Part shown: positions 38,935 to 50,405 of the stretch, in pieces
How positions within the stretch are numbered: the stretch's first letter is position 1
Layout of the letters: each line of letters starts with the position of its first letter
DNA from: Octopus bimaculoides
Lineage: Eukaryota
DNA length: 64,000 bases
Assembly: GCF_001194135.2 (NCBI RefSeq)
Contig: NC_068983.1
Span: 74,055,763-74,119,762 of the forward strand
Direction: 5' to 3'
Translations under genes and position numbers: made by a program
Notes under the pieces: model-generated
What the model saw: the letters and a program-made list of their open reading frames with translations, nothing else
Told to the model about the DNA's origin: nothing
The model's database searches: none

Positions 38935-40299
38935 TCACCCNNNNNNNNNNGCGATGAACACATTGGTTACCTCCGCCCTCCCTTTCAGGGATAGCCACCG
39001 CCAAGACCAGGTCTTGACTATGTGGGTCACCCTGCTCGATACCTCGGCCCAGTTCTTCTCTATTTGGAGGTTTGGTCCAAACCAAACTCCTAGCAACTTA
39101 ATCGGACCCTCCGTCCAACGTACTACGACGCTATCAGGAGGCATCGACTTGCCTCTCCAGGTGCCGAGCTGCAAGCCGACTGACTTTTCACGTTTAACTT
39201 TTGCTCCTGCCACCGTCTCGTAAACCTCTATGGCCTTTCCTACTATCTGTAGGTGGTCCATTTCGGTTACGATGATGGTGATGTCATCTGCGTAAGCTGA
39301 AACCGATTTTCCACAACCTGGCTGTCTCGGAATGACGCTCAATTTTCGCAGTAATGGCTCAAGAGCCATTACATACAAAATCGGGGAGAGTGGACACCCT
39401 TGACGAACCGAGCGTTTGATGTTGAACGGCTTCGATGAGAAGCCGTTCACCCGAACTACCGAGTCGATGTTATTGTAAATCTCGATGATCCACCTGAAAA
39501 AACCAAGACCCAGACCGAACTGCGCCAGAACGGACACCAGGTAGCGATGATCAACCCTATCGAATGCCTTAGATTGGTCTAAATGGACCAGTGCCCCACC
39601 CTTGCCAGCATCATTATTAAACTCCTCTAAAGTGTATCGTGTAAGATGGAGATTATCCTGGATGGTTCTGCCAGGAACGGCACATGTCTGTGCCTCCCCG
39701 ATCAGACCGTCCGTGACACGCGCCAATATTTTCGATAACACTTTGGCCAAAATTTTCAACTCTGCGTTTAGCAGAGTGATGGGCCGAAAATTATCAATGG
39801 AATCCCCCTTGTTCGGGTCCTTTCTGACAAGCGTCACCACTCCCCGGCGCACAGATCTGGGAATAAATCCGTTCTGCTGCCAGTTCGCGTAGACATTCGC
39901 CAGCATGTGCCCGAACAAGTCTGGCATACTCTTATACAACTCGTAGGGTAAACCACCCAGTCCTGGCACCTTACCCGCACCGCAGCCCGCCATCGCCTCA
40001 ATTACTTCCTCAGGTGTGATCGGCCCTTCACCGCGCTCCGCGTCCAGCCCCGATAGGCGCGGCAGCCCGCCGAGGAAGTCCGTTAGGTCCCTCCTNNNNN
40101 NNNNNNNNNNNNNNNNNNNNNNNNNNNNNNNNNNNNNNNNNNNNNNNNNNNNNNNNNNNNNNNNNNNNNNNNNNNNNNNNNNNTGGGTGAAGTACTCCTG
40201 AAAGGTCTCACACATCTCCTCGGGTTCGTTTATCAACTTACCTTGTTGGTTCGTTAAAGATCGAATTGTAGCATCATTACCACGTTGGGCTTCCACCAC
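38935..40299 (-). CDS. Non-LTR reverse transcriptase domain (L1/Tx1 clade)
   Basis: PG..GLP, FRPITLLNAELKILAK, DQSKAFDRV, VRQGCPLSP, AYADD motifs. Confidence 0.93.
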   Translation of the reverse strand: MVEAQRGNDATIRSLTNQQGKLINEPEEMCETFQEYFTXXXXXXXXXXXXXXXXXXXXXXXXXXXXXXRRDLTDFLGGLPRLSGLDAERGEGPITPEEVIEAMAGCGAGKVPGLGGLPYELYKSMPDLFGHMLANVYANWQQNGFIPRSVRRGVVTLVRKDPNKGDSIDNFRPITLLNAELKILAKVLSKILARVTDGLIGEAQTCAVPGRTIQDNLHLTRYTLEEFNNDAGKGGALVHLDQSKAFDRVDHRYLVSVLAQFGLGLGFFRWIIEIYNNIDSVVRVNGFSSKPFNIKRSVRQGCPLSPILYVMALEPLLRKLSVIPRQPGCGKSVSAYADDITIIVTEMDHLQIVGKAIEVYETVAGAKVKREKSVGLQLGTWRGKSMPPDSVVVRWTEGPIKLLGVWFGPNLQIEKNWAEVSSRVTHIVKTWSWRWLSLKGRAEVTNVFIXXXXG

Positions 40300-40517
40300 T
40301 CGGGCTCATCCTGCGGCCTTGATTCCCTCACAACCCATAGCACGAAGTCTAGCCCTGACAATGCAACCCATGTGTTTGGCTTCGAGGTCGAGGTGCTGGT
40401 TTAATGCCAGTCTCTTGGCCGTCACCTGAGTCGCAGAACCAGTTCTCATTGCTTCTTCTAATTCCTTAACTAAAACTGATACTCTCCTACTCTCTCTAGC
40501 CACTAAACTTATGCTTT

Positions 40518-41835
40518 CTTTCTATTTACCATCGGGACGTCTGGCATGTTCATTCTTCTGATTCGATCTTCTCGTAACTTCGTTCATCAGACATCTCATC
40601 TTTCCTTCTACATACCACTGGGGTGACTGGTATGTTCATTCTTGCCCAACCCAGCATTCCACAGCCCCCTCCGACAATAGGCAGTGCATCCACCCGATGC
40701 CAACAGCTCGTGGAAAGCAAATTCGTGCATCCACCCGATGCCAACAGCTCGTGGAAAGCAAATTCGTGCATCCACCCCTCCGAAATGGTGAGGTGTCACA
40801 CACCGTCGAAGCTCGAAACGATATGCGAAAAACCAGTGGTGATCCCCGGTGGTCATCCACCTGCAGTGGACCAGAGGTCACGACTCACCGGACCTCACCG
40901 AGACGAATGGATCATAACGTACCACGCAACCCCGTCCGGAGCGGGTCTTCACTTACAATTGACGCGGGTCATAACATACCCTGTGTCGGTCAGTCGATTT
41001 TACCAGGAGGCAGGCAATCGGCAGCCCACCAATCACCTCCGGAAGGCCCACGTCTTTCAATCGGGATCAACCCACACACTACATGGTCCCCACCAGACTC
41101 GCTAGAACCGCTACTGGGAAGGGACACATTTAGTTTGTTCATGCGGGGGCATATATTCGGCATGGTTTTTTCAACCTATCCGACATACCTCCCCACACGG
41201 ACGTAAGCACTTTCACCACGCCAAGGTAGTGTCCCAAAGAGTAAAGCCTGGCAGTGCATCCATCAATCAGGCAAAATTCAGTAGATCACCTCACTCGCCC
41301 ATCATCCACCGAATCCCGAATGATCATAACATACCAGGCAAACCCGATGGTGCATCCACCCACTGACTATTGGCGTCCTAGCTGCCAATATACCTTCACA
41401 GGGCAGGCACATAAACCCACCGCCACCAGTCACAGCGACGTATCCGTAGGCCATCGCAGGTGCAATTACTACTCGACAACCGGCCACCGACCGTCTCTCG
41501 ACTCCAATGTTCCAATAGGACACTGCAGGTGTTTACCCCAGCCGTAGCAACCCACACCGATGTTCCAATAGGACACCGCAGGTGAATCCGCTATCGATAA
41601 GAGAGGCCCACTAGCCTAGGGCGGGTGGGCCTCCTGGGGCCCACCCCCTGCAGGGGAACGACCGATGCACTCACCCAACGCGGAGAGATCGGTCAGACCA
41701 CATCTAATCAAGCCCCAGCATATCATAGTGTGGTTGTGACATCGTTCGGTAGAAAGCACACCCACCTGTGACGGAGCCATAGGTGCACCCACCCATGCAA
41801 GGGACAGTGGGTCATAACACATCAGGCCCCACGAA
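40518..41835. other. 1.3-kb GC-rich modular insertion splitting ORF2 of unit 13
   Basis: ORF2 breaks after GAGTCTGTT and resumes at AGCATAAGTTTAG; these are nearly contiguous in unit 19; internal 41-nt and ~25-nt repeats. Confidence 0.75.
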
Positions 41836-44291
41836 AACAGACTCAAATTTATTGGCTCTCTTGAGGACATACCACCATTTATTATTAATAATGGTACCGG
41901 TTAATGCCCTCTGAATCAACAACCTAATCCGATCTCTGTACTCCTTAATCGCCAAAAGGGACGTATTAAGTTTCCAGTAGCCGGAGCCTCTAGTATATCG
42001 CTTACTATATCAAGCCTACAGGTGATCATTTTATGATCACTGTAGCTGACTGGGTAAAACTGTGGACACTTAGCTATATTTCTATCTACTTTTCTAATTA
42101 ACACTATATATGACCTGGAAGATCCGTCGCTATTTGACCAAGTCCATATTGGAGCGTTCGGAAATTCCAACCTATAAGGGTCTGCGAGCTCAAAGCGACT
42201 TTGCAGTTCCAGGAAGCAAGAATTACCTTTTCTAGTAGTTTTTGAGCTAACATAATATACGCGTGCCTCGCAAATTGTGTTAAAGTCACCTGGTACAACT
42301 AAAGAATGTGAAGTACCGAGAAAATTCTCCAGATTTCGAAAAAAAATCACTTTTCCCGGATGGCTGGGGTGCATAATTTGCAACCAGTCTGAAAACTTTA
42401 CCATGGCTGAGCGTCAAGTCCATGACGACCAGCCTACCTTCTGGATCTGAATAAATTAACTTTTTCTCAGAAACCCAGTTTCTTTTTAATAGAACCCCAC
42501 CCCCTAGAAGGACAGCCTGGAGAGAAAAAACTCTCGTAGCCATTCAACAGGGGGAGCAGATCTCTCGGTTCTCTTAATCGGGTCTCTGTAGCAACAGTAA
42601 CATCCAAATCCCGCAACCTGATGTCATAAAGGAAGCAACCTTGCTCCCAGCCTAACATCAGGCCACGCACATTTAAACAACCTACATGAATGTTTGCCAC
42701 TACCTACCTCTGCATCAATGGTTCGGGGTTCCTTCTTCCACTTTTTCTTCCTCCTTTTCCTGGGCTCGTGCCGTATTTGGACGTAGGCCCTCGTAAATAT
42801 AAGGAGAAAAATCCATTCTGAGAGGGCCCATGTCGTGAAAGAATTCAGACTTGATCCGTCCGTAATCCTTCCGGCCTATCCTGTAGATTAGAAAGTTTTT
42901 TGATGTTGTTTTTTCCACTCGTTTGGCAGATGAAATAGCTGCCAAACGGTTTATTAGTCTATTGTTGGACGCCTTGATGGCTATGTACGTGTTTTCTTTT
43001 TCCTTGTCGTTTTTCTTTTTTAAATTTAGTGTGGTGGGGGCGGTCTGTGTCTTTTCTTTTGTTTTTTAGAAGCAGTCGACCACCCCTTCTCTCTATCCTT
43101 CTCTTCACTCTCTTCTGTCGATCTTGGTGTTATCTCTACTTTCGGTGTTGACGCTGGTGTTTCGTTTGTTTCTTCTAATCCTTCTTTCTCTTGTTCTTTT
43201 TCTTTTTCTTGTTCTTCTTTCGGTTTGCATTCCGACCTGATGTAGCCCTTTAACCCGCAATTAAAGCACCTTGGTTTTCTTCCTTCCACAAAAACTATTA
43301 GTCTTTCTTCTCCGCCTACATTTATGATTTCTGCAATTTCTTCAAGTGTTGTGGCTTCTGCTTGAATTAACATTATCAAGCATTGTCCCTTCCAGTGCTC
43401 CTCTTCTTCCACAGAGGCCTGGAGTATAGTTAGTTTGTCCTCCAGGCCCATCGTAATAGCTGCTACTAAACAAGTGGCATCAACTTCTGGGGAGATATTG
43501 ATTATCCTCATCTTTGACGTTCTTCTTCCCATATATACGGGAAGAAGAACCACCTCCTCCGTTCTGAGGGACTCCTAGGAGTAGTTTTTGGCTGCTTTCT
43601 CTGACCTAAACCTTACTTCGACCGTTCCAAATCTTTTACCGCGGTTAATGTATGTAATCTCTGGCCAAATAGGTTTAAAGCATTTTTCTACGATTTTCTC
43701 TTCTGTTTTGTAAATCCTTCCCCCCCCCCCNNNNNNNNNNNNNNNNNNNNNNNNCGCAATGTTGTACGTTTTGTGTGATTCTTCTCTTGTTGACTGTGTT
43801 GGTTGTTTCTTTTGGGGTGACCACTTGAATTTCCGACCCCTCTTTTTTTAATATTGCCATGAATCTTTGCAGATAACTTCGTTCCGTGTTTAACTGTGTT
43901 TCTTTCCTTCCTGCTACCTCGGCGAACTTTTTGGGCGACTACTGCCGGTGAATTTTCTTCCCCCAAAATATTTAGTTCTCTCGGTGTTACTATCGGTGAA
44001 ATTATTTCTTCACCTGCTTCAGACACAGGTGAGTACTTACTTGGTGGAAGCAAAGTAGTTTCCATTTTTTCCCCCACAAAATTGGCTTAAAAGCCACCAG
44101 ATATAATAACAATAATACCCCCGCAGGGAGGAATTTCAACAAGTAGCTTTCACAAAAGTAATTAAATTATCTTTAACAAGATAATAGCAACCACCCACAA
44201 CAGTACTTCAATCGAACAAAACACGGAGGAAAAGCAAAACGTACCAACAGCAGGTGCTTCCACAAGAATGAGAGTATCAAGACGATGTATA

Positions 44292-45955
44292 TTTTTTTTA
44301 TTACCCACAAGGGGCCAACAAAGAGGGGTCATACAATTACATTGGGGACGCATAAAATGTACAATAAAATAAAATACAAAACAAATGAAACGTATGATAT
44401 AATGAAAGATGGATAAATGTAAAGATGGAAATGGTGTTACCCGCCCCATCAGGCAACACCACTTGCTTCATTTCCCCTACACTCCATTATGTCCAACTCA
44501 AATCTCTCTGTCAGTTCGTCAGACCAAATAAACTGTGGTAGCTTCTCCATATCGAGGTTGACATTTCATAATCTACATTATGTCTCTGTATGTCCATCCT
44601 TTGCTGTGCCGATAATAGTAGCACCACAGCATTCATATCTTCTGCGCTAACATGGACCATATTTTCCCATTTGAAAGCTTCTGCAAACAGTTCTTTATCA
44701 TGAATTATACACGCAAAACTTCTATTGGAGGGGGAATTTTTTGAAACACTGTCTGTATGTACTCTCTTCTTTTGTCTTTGTGATGGAGGGGAATGAGAAG
44801 GCTTGGTGTCTGCAAGGCGAGGGTGGGACACAGAGGGTATGAGTGGGCCTTGGGTAGTTGATGTGTGAAGTTCTGAGTGTATTGGACTTGCCTTTTTTCT
44901 CTTCTTTCTCTTTCTTCTCTCTTCCCATTCTTCCTCTTTTTCTGAAATCAATTCCTCCTCCTCCTGTTCTTCTCGAGGCCTCTCCTGCATCTTCTCCTTG
45001 CTGCTGTCTTCTTGCACTTTCTCCACTCTTTTGTCTGGTAGAGGGTGCATTTCTTCCACTCTTTTATCTGGTAGAGAGTATTTCGCTCTCATGTGGCCCT
45101 TCTGACCACATTTGTAACATTGCGGTATCCTGCCCTCCACTCTTACATTCATTACAACTTCGTCCAGAGTTATTGTTTCCACCATCTCTTCTAATGCCTC
45201 ACTTGAACCTTGTACTATCATATTTAGGACCTGGCCTTTCCAGTTTGCACTTTTTAACTTAGTTGCCTGGAGCACCACTACTTTGCCGTCAGTCTCGGCC
45301 AATACAGCTGCCGCTATCCAGGCAACGTCAATTTCCGGAGGAATTCCTTCTACCCATACCCGAGACGCTCTACGTCCTAGGTACGTGGGTAGAAGTACAG
45401 GCTCTTCCTCCTTCAATGAAGTTGCCGCATGCTTCTTCGCCGTGTCTGCGTTTATAAATCTCACTTCTATTTCACCAAATTTCGGCCCTCTGGCAAGATA
45501 TGATATTTCGTGCCAGATTGGCCTCAGCACCTTCTCCACCTGCTCCGTCATCATGTGGTCTATTTTCCCTTTCTTGATTGAGTACGTTTTATACATTATT
45601 GTTCTACTTTTCATCTTTTTTGTGGTTTTGAGCGAAGGGGACACGTTAACGTTGTAACCGTTTCGACTCAACAACTTCTTGTATTTCTCCGTATCAATTT
45701 CCACATTGTCATCTTTTTCTCGGGCGATATTCGTGAACTTCCTCTTATCTAATTCTATATCCATTGCGTCAACAGCCTTCAACAACTCTTCCTCAGATGT
45801 CGACAACCCAAACCCGCTAAAGTCTGAGTAAAAGGAATTCCTTCTACTTTTATTAGCCATGCAAACTCTCAAGGAGAGAAAGCACAGCTACACCGCTGCA
45901 AAGCAGCACGCAAAAAACAAAATAATCCTTGCTGAACGATATTTCGGTATCTCGG
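44292..45955 (-). mobile_element. Unit 14: complete ORF1-only element (leader, intact ORF, structured tail, 21-nt TSD-like repeat)
   Basis: ORF 44511-45872; tail 44292-44463; ATGAGA(G/C)TATCAAGACGATGT at 44268-44288 and 45956-45976. Confidence 0.92.
44511..45872 (-). CDS. ORF1p-like protein, 453 aa, uninterrupted
   Basis: Acidic N-terminal SDFSG..STSEEELL motif, RRM-like core, knuckle CYKCGQKGHMRAKY, extra C-terminal module. Confidence 0.88.
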   Translation of the reverse strand: MRVCMANKSRRNSFYSDFSGFGLSTSEEELLKAVDAMDIELDKRKFTNIAREKDDNVEIDTEKYKKLLSRNGYNVNVSPSLKTTKKMKSRTIMYKTYSIKKGKIDHMMTEQVEKVLRPIWHEISYLARGPKFGEIEVRFINADTAKKHAATSLKEEEPVLLPTYLGRRASRVWVEGIPPEIDVAWIAAAVLAETDGKVVVLQATKLKSANWKGQVLNMIVQGSSEALEEMVETITLDEVVMNVRVEGRIPQCYKCGQKGHMRAKYSLPDKRVEEMHPLPDKRVEKVQEDSSKEKMQERPREEQEEEELISEKEEEWEERRKRKKRKKASPIHSELHTSTTQGPLIPSVSHPRLADTKPSHSPPSQRQKKRVHTDSVSKNSPSNRSFACIIHDKELFAEAFKWENMVHVSAEDMNAVVLLLSAQQRMDIQRHNVDYEMSTSIWRSYHSLFGLTN

Positions 45956-45987
45956 ATGAGACTATCAAGACGATGTCAAAACATGCG

Positions 45988-47055
45988 ATTTCTTTATTAG
46001 GCATAAAGCCCCAAACACAGATGGGGACACCACAAGGACAGACAAGACCACAGTGGGGGCCAAAGAACATAAAACGAATGTAAATGAAATGAAAGTTATA
46101 TAAAAATGAGAAAATGAAATGGACGCACGGGCCCCACTCCCATGCATTACCATTTGAACTGTTATATGTACATTTTACAATTGTTCTCTTTTTCCTTAAT
46201 TTCATACTTTTTTCTTGTCTTTAGTAAAACTTCATTAGTGGTTCAATTTCTCTTAACTCCACTACTGGTGGTAACTCTTTAAATTCCACCTTTACTCCTG
46301 GCGGGTCAACATTATCCCCACACATCTCTTTCAATTTTCTATAGTTTTCTTTTTCGATCACTATTGCCTTTATATCCTCCGCGTAGACGTTTGAAGGCAC
46401 CTTTACTGTTACTATTGAATGTAACTTGATTATTTTTTTCTCTGTTTCAACATTTTTCGGGTACGTTACATAATACCATACTCCTTCTCCTCCTCGTATC
46501 TTCTTTCCTTTCTCTTGGACTTTTGGTTCTCTCTTTTCTTCCTCCCTAACTAGTCTCTCCATCTCCCCTTCATACAGTTGGGTTTCCGACTCTTTCTCCA
46601 CTGATAACTCCACTTTCTTTTTACTTTCTTTTTCCTTCCTACTGCCCTCCTTCACAGTTTCTTTTCTCACCTCTTCTCTCTTCTTTTTCTGCTTCTCTGG
46701 CGGAGAACTCATTCCTCCGCTTCTCCTTTTCTTTTTAGCCATAGTGAATCCCTTCTCCGCTTCTTTTTCTGTTGCCTTGCCCTGCACTACCTGGTCCACA
46801 CTCTCCCGTCTCTCCACCTGTTCTGTTTGTAGCTTCCTTTGGGTGCACTATGCCTTCATGTGGCCCCTTTCTCCACATGTGAAACACACTGGTGGCCTAC
46901 CCTCCACCACGATCCGTAGTCGAGTGTCATCGGGAAGCACGAACTCCTCTGCAATATTATGTAGGTCCGGTAGGGTAATGTGGGTTAGGATTTCTACCCC
47001 AAAACCCCACCATTTGATTCCTTTTGACCTTTCCACCTTAATTATTTCTACCTTG
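45988..47055 (-). pseudogene. Unit 15: 5'-truncated ORF1 element with tail
   Basis: CFTCGERGHMKA (46848-47135); C-terminal ORF 46221-46817; tail 45988-46157. Confidence 0.85.
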
Positions 47056-48177
47056 TCTTTACATTTGTCGGAGGGGATTGGGTAGGTTTGGTGTCTGCAT
47101 GGGGAGGGTGTGGTGAAGAGGGAGAGGGTGGGCATTGGGTGAGTTGGGGCTCACAGGCACTTTCTTCCTCTTTCTATTTTTCTTCCTCTTGACCGTTTCC
47201 CATTCCTTATCCTCTGGTGTTTCTTTTGTCTCTTCTTCTTCCTCTCTCCTTTCCTGTGGTGGCGGCTGTCGCCCCTCTACCATTTTGGTTGATGGAGGGC
47301 AGTTCGCTCTTATGTGGCCCTTCTGACCACATTTGAAGCAGCGCGGTATCCTGCCCTCCACTCTTACGTTCATAACCACTTCGTCCAATGTTATCGTTTC
47401 CACCATCTCTTCCAACGCCTCGCTCGAACCCTGCACTATCATGTTTAGGACCTGGACCTTCCAGTTTGAACTTTTTGACTTCGTTGCCTGGAGCACCACT
47501 ATTTTGCCGTTAGTCTCAGCCAAAACAGCGGCCGCTATCCAGGCAACGTCAATTTCCGGCGGAATTCCTTCTACCCATACCCGAGACGCTCTACGTCCCA
47601 GGTACGTGGGAAGAAGTACAAGTTCTTCATCCTTCAATGAAGTTGCCGCATACTACTTCGCCGTGTCTTCGTTTGTGAATCTCACCTCCACTACACCAAA
47701 TTTCGGCCCTCTGGCAAGATATATTTCTTGCCGGATTGGCCTCAGCACCTTCTCCACCTGCGCCGTCAACATGTGGTCTATCTTGCCTTTCTTAATTGAG
47801 AATGTTTTGTACATAATAGTTCTGACTTTCATACTTTTTGTTATTTTGAGCGGAGGGGTCACGTTAACGTTGTAACCGTCACGCTTCACCAACGTCTTAT
47901 ATTTCTGTGTCAATTTCTACATTTTCCTCTTCTTTTCGGGCAACCGCCGCAAACTTCCTCTTATCGAGTTCCACGTCCATTGCGTCAACCGCTTTCAACA
48001 ATTCTTCCTCAGATGCCGAATACTCAGACCCGCTAAACTCTGAGTAAAAGGTATTCCTTTTACTTTTAGCCCTACCAACTCTCAAAGAGAGGACATACGA
48101 CTACACCGCTGCAAAACAGCACGCAACAAATACAACAATCCATTCTGAACGATATTTCACAAATAATACAAACCCTT
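47056..48177 (-). pseudogene. Unit 16: close paralog of unit 14, 3'-truncated and fused to unit 15
   Basis: ORFs 47897-48085, 47653-47913, 47059-47637 align almost residue for residue with 44511-45872. Confidence 0.88.
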
Positions 48178-48205
48178 ACTGGCGAACTCACACTTTGAAC
48201 ATCGA

Positions 48206-49945
48206 TTTTTTTTTATTGCCTATAAAAGGTAAAACAAAGAATCTTCCATTAACATTACAACACATAGAGACAATACCAACGCGACAAACACAAAATCGGG
48301 GAAATAAAAATACAAAAAGATGAAATCAGAAGAAATTAAAATAACGAATGGTAATATGTAAGAATGAAAAAATAAGAAATGGAAGTGATGTTACCTGCCC
48401 CTTCAAGTAACATCACTTACTTGCCTTTATGCCTGTCCTTCATAATATCTATACCGTATCTTAATTTCAGTTCTTCGTATTCTATATTTTTCGGTAAATT
48501 CTCCATATTGTAATTCACCTTCCATACTATAAAGTCCTCGAATTTTTTGATTTCGTTCAAATGTCTTTCTGTTATTAGAATTACTGTGATTTCTCCAGAC
48601 TCATTCATGATCGTCCACGTCCACATGGACTGTGTCTTTCCATCTCTCCACTATCTCCTGCAGTTCTTTCACTGCCTCATAATACACCAAACATGCATAA
48701 CATTCAGAGAAAGAGGAAGTTTCTAACACATTGTGTGTGGTGTCCTTCTTTTTCTTTTGTTTTCGTGTTGGTGAGAAATGGGTAGGTATAGTGTCTGCAG
48801 GGGGAGGGTGGNNNNNNNNNNNNNNNNNNNNNNNNNNNNNNNNNNNNNNNNNNNNNNNNNNNNNNNNNNNNNNNNNNNNNNNNNNNNNNNNNNNNNNNNN
48901 NNNNNNNNNNNNNNNNNNNNNNNNNNNNNNNNNNNNNNNNNNNNNNNNNNNNNNNNNNNNNNNNNNNNNNNNNNNNNNNNNNNNNNNNNNNNNNNNNNNN
49001 NNNNNNNNNNNNNNNNNNNNNNCTGTTTGTTTTTTAGTATCTCCTGTGTATTCCGCTCTTCTGCTTCTTTGTTCGGTTGAGAGCAATTCGCTCTAATGTG
49101 GCCCTTCAGACCACATTTATAACAGCGAGGGATTCTGCCCTCCACCCACACTCTCAGACTTATGTCGCCTATGGTTATTGTCTCTGCCAATTTTTCTAGT
49201 GTTTCTTTATCGCTTTGGATGTTCATTTGTAATGTTTTCCACGTCCCGTCTTCAGTTGATGTAGCCTGGATAACGGACACCTTTTCCTCACATCCGAGGA
49301 GTGCAGCCGCCGCCACCCAAGCCGCTTCCATATCCGGTGGTATTCATTCTACTCTGACCCTGGAAGTCCTTCTTCCAAAATACATGGGTAGAAGGACTAC
49401 ATTCTCAGTTTCACCGTTTTTATAGCCATCCTTTGTGCTGCCTCTTCCGACTTGAACTGTACTACTATTGAACCGAATTTATTGCCTCGTGAAAGGAATA
49501 TTACGTCTTTCGTTACAGTTCGTAACGCCTTTTCTATGGTTTCAATTTCAATAATTTCCACTTTATTTTTTTCTGCTGCAATTAATTTATACGTAATGGT
49601 TCTTCTTTCCATACTTTCCTGCGGTGGCGACAGTTTCACTTCTCCACCCACTTTCGTTGCCATTTTCTGATATTTCAACATTTTCGTGAGGTCCACTTCA
49701 CATGATTTAACCTCTGCTATTTCTGCAAAGCTTTTCTTCTCCTTCAAAACTTCATCCATTTTGTCGAGAGCCCTAACCAGTTCATCTTCCGAGGATGACA
49801 ATTCTGACCCACTCAGGTCAGAACAGAACATATTTTTTGCCATTTGGTCCAGTTAATTCTCCTCAACACGGAGAAAAAGCACCGCCGTCAAAAGCTTCAC
49901 ACAAAAATTCAAACAGACAGCAAATCACCAATAGCACGCACTGCC
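48206..49945 (-). pseudogene. Unit 17: ORF1-only element with tail and 19-nt flanking direct repeat
   Basis: ORFs 49397-49843, 48723-49331, 48417-48626; AACTCACACTTTGAACATC at 48185-48203 and 49946-49964. Confidence 0.88.
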
Positions 49946-49966
49946 AACTCACACTTTGAACATCTG

Positions 49967-50405
49967 TTTTTTTTTTTATTACCCATGCAGGCTAACATAG
50001 AGGGGACAGAACAAAACATGTGGGACGTAAAACATATATAAAAAAACAGAAATGAATGTTATAACGTATGAAGACATGAATATGATAAAATGGAAATGGA
50101 ACCACTNNNNNNNNNNNNNNNNNNNNNNNNNNNNNNNNNNNNNNNNNNNNNNNNNNNNNNNNNNNNNNNNNNNNNNNNNNNNNNNNNNNNNNNNNNNNNN
50201 NNNNNNNNNNNNNNNNNNTCGAACCATATATTCATGTATTTATTTCTCTTGCTTCTTATTTGGTATTACACACTTGTGATGCCCCTCCACGTTATCAAAC
50301 CCCACAGTTCCAATGCACTTTATGTCCCATTCCACCGAATCCCTCAACAGTTCGTCACTATGCAACATGTAAATCCTACACTTTTTCCTTCTCTTTTTTG
50401 ACTCG
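49967..50405 (-). pseudogene. Unit 18: ORF1 C-terminal module plus tail, fused to ORF2 of unit 19
   Basis: SKKRRKKCRIYMLHSDELL (50240-50405), near-identical to unit 20; tail 49967-50106. Confidence 0.8.

Larger units (their letters stand above)
37655..44267 (-). mobile_element. Unit 13: near full-length but defective L1/Tx1-clade LINE (ORF1, APE, RT, tail)
   Basis: ORF1 pieces 43688-44077 and 43026-43553; APE pieces 42467-42700, 42286-42543, 41916-42404 (CLNVRGL, ETRL, GDFN, SDH); RT 38935-40299; tail at 37655-37690 beyond an N gap. Confidence 0.9.
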
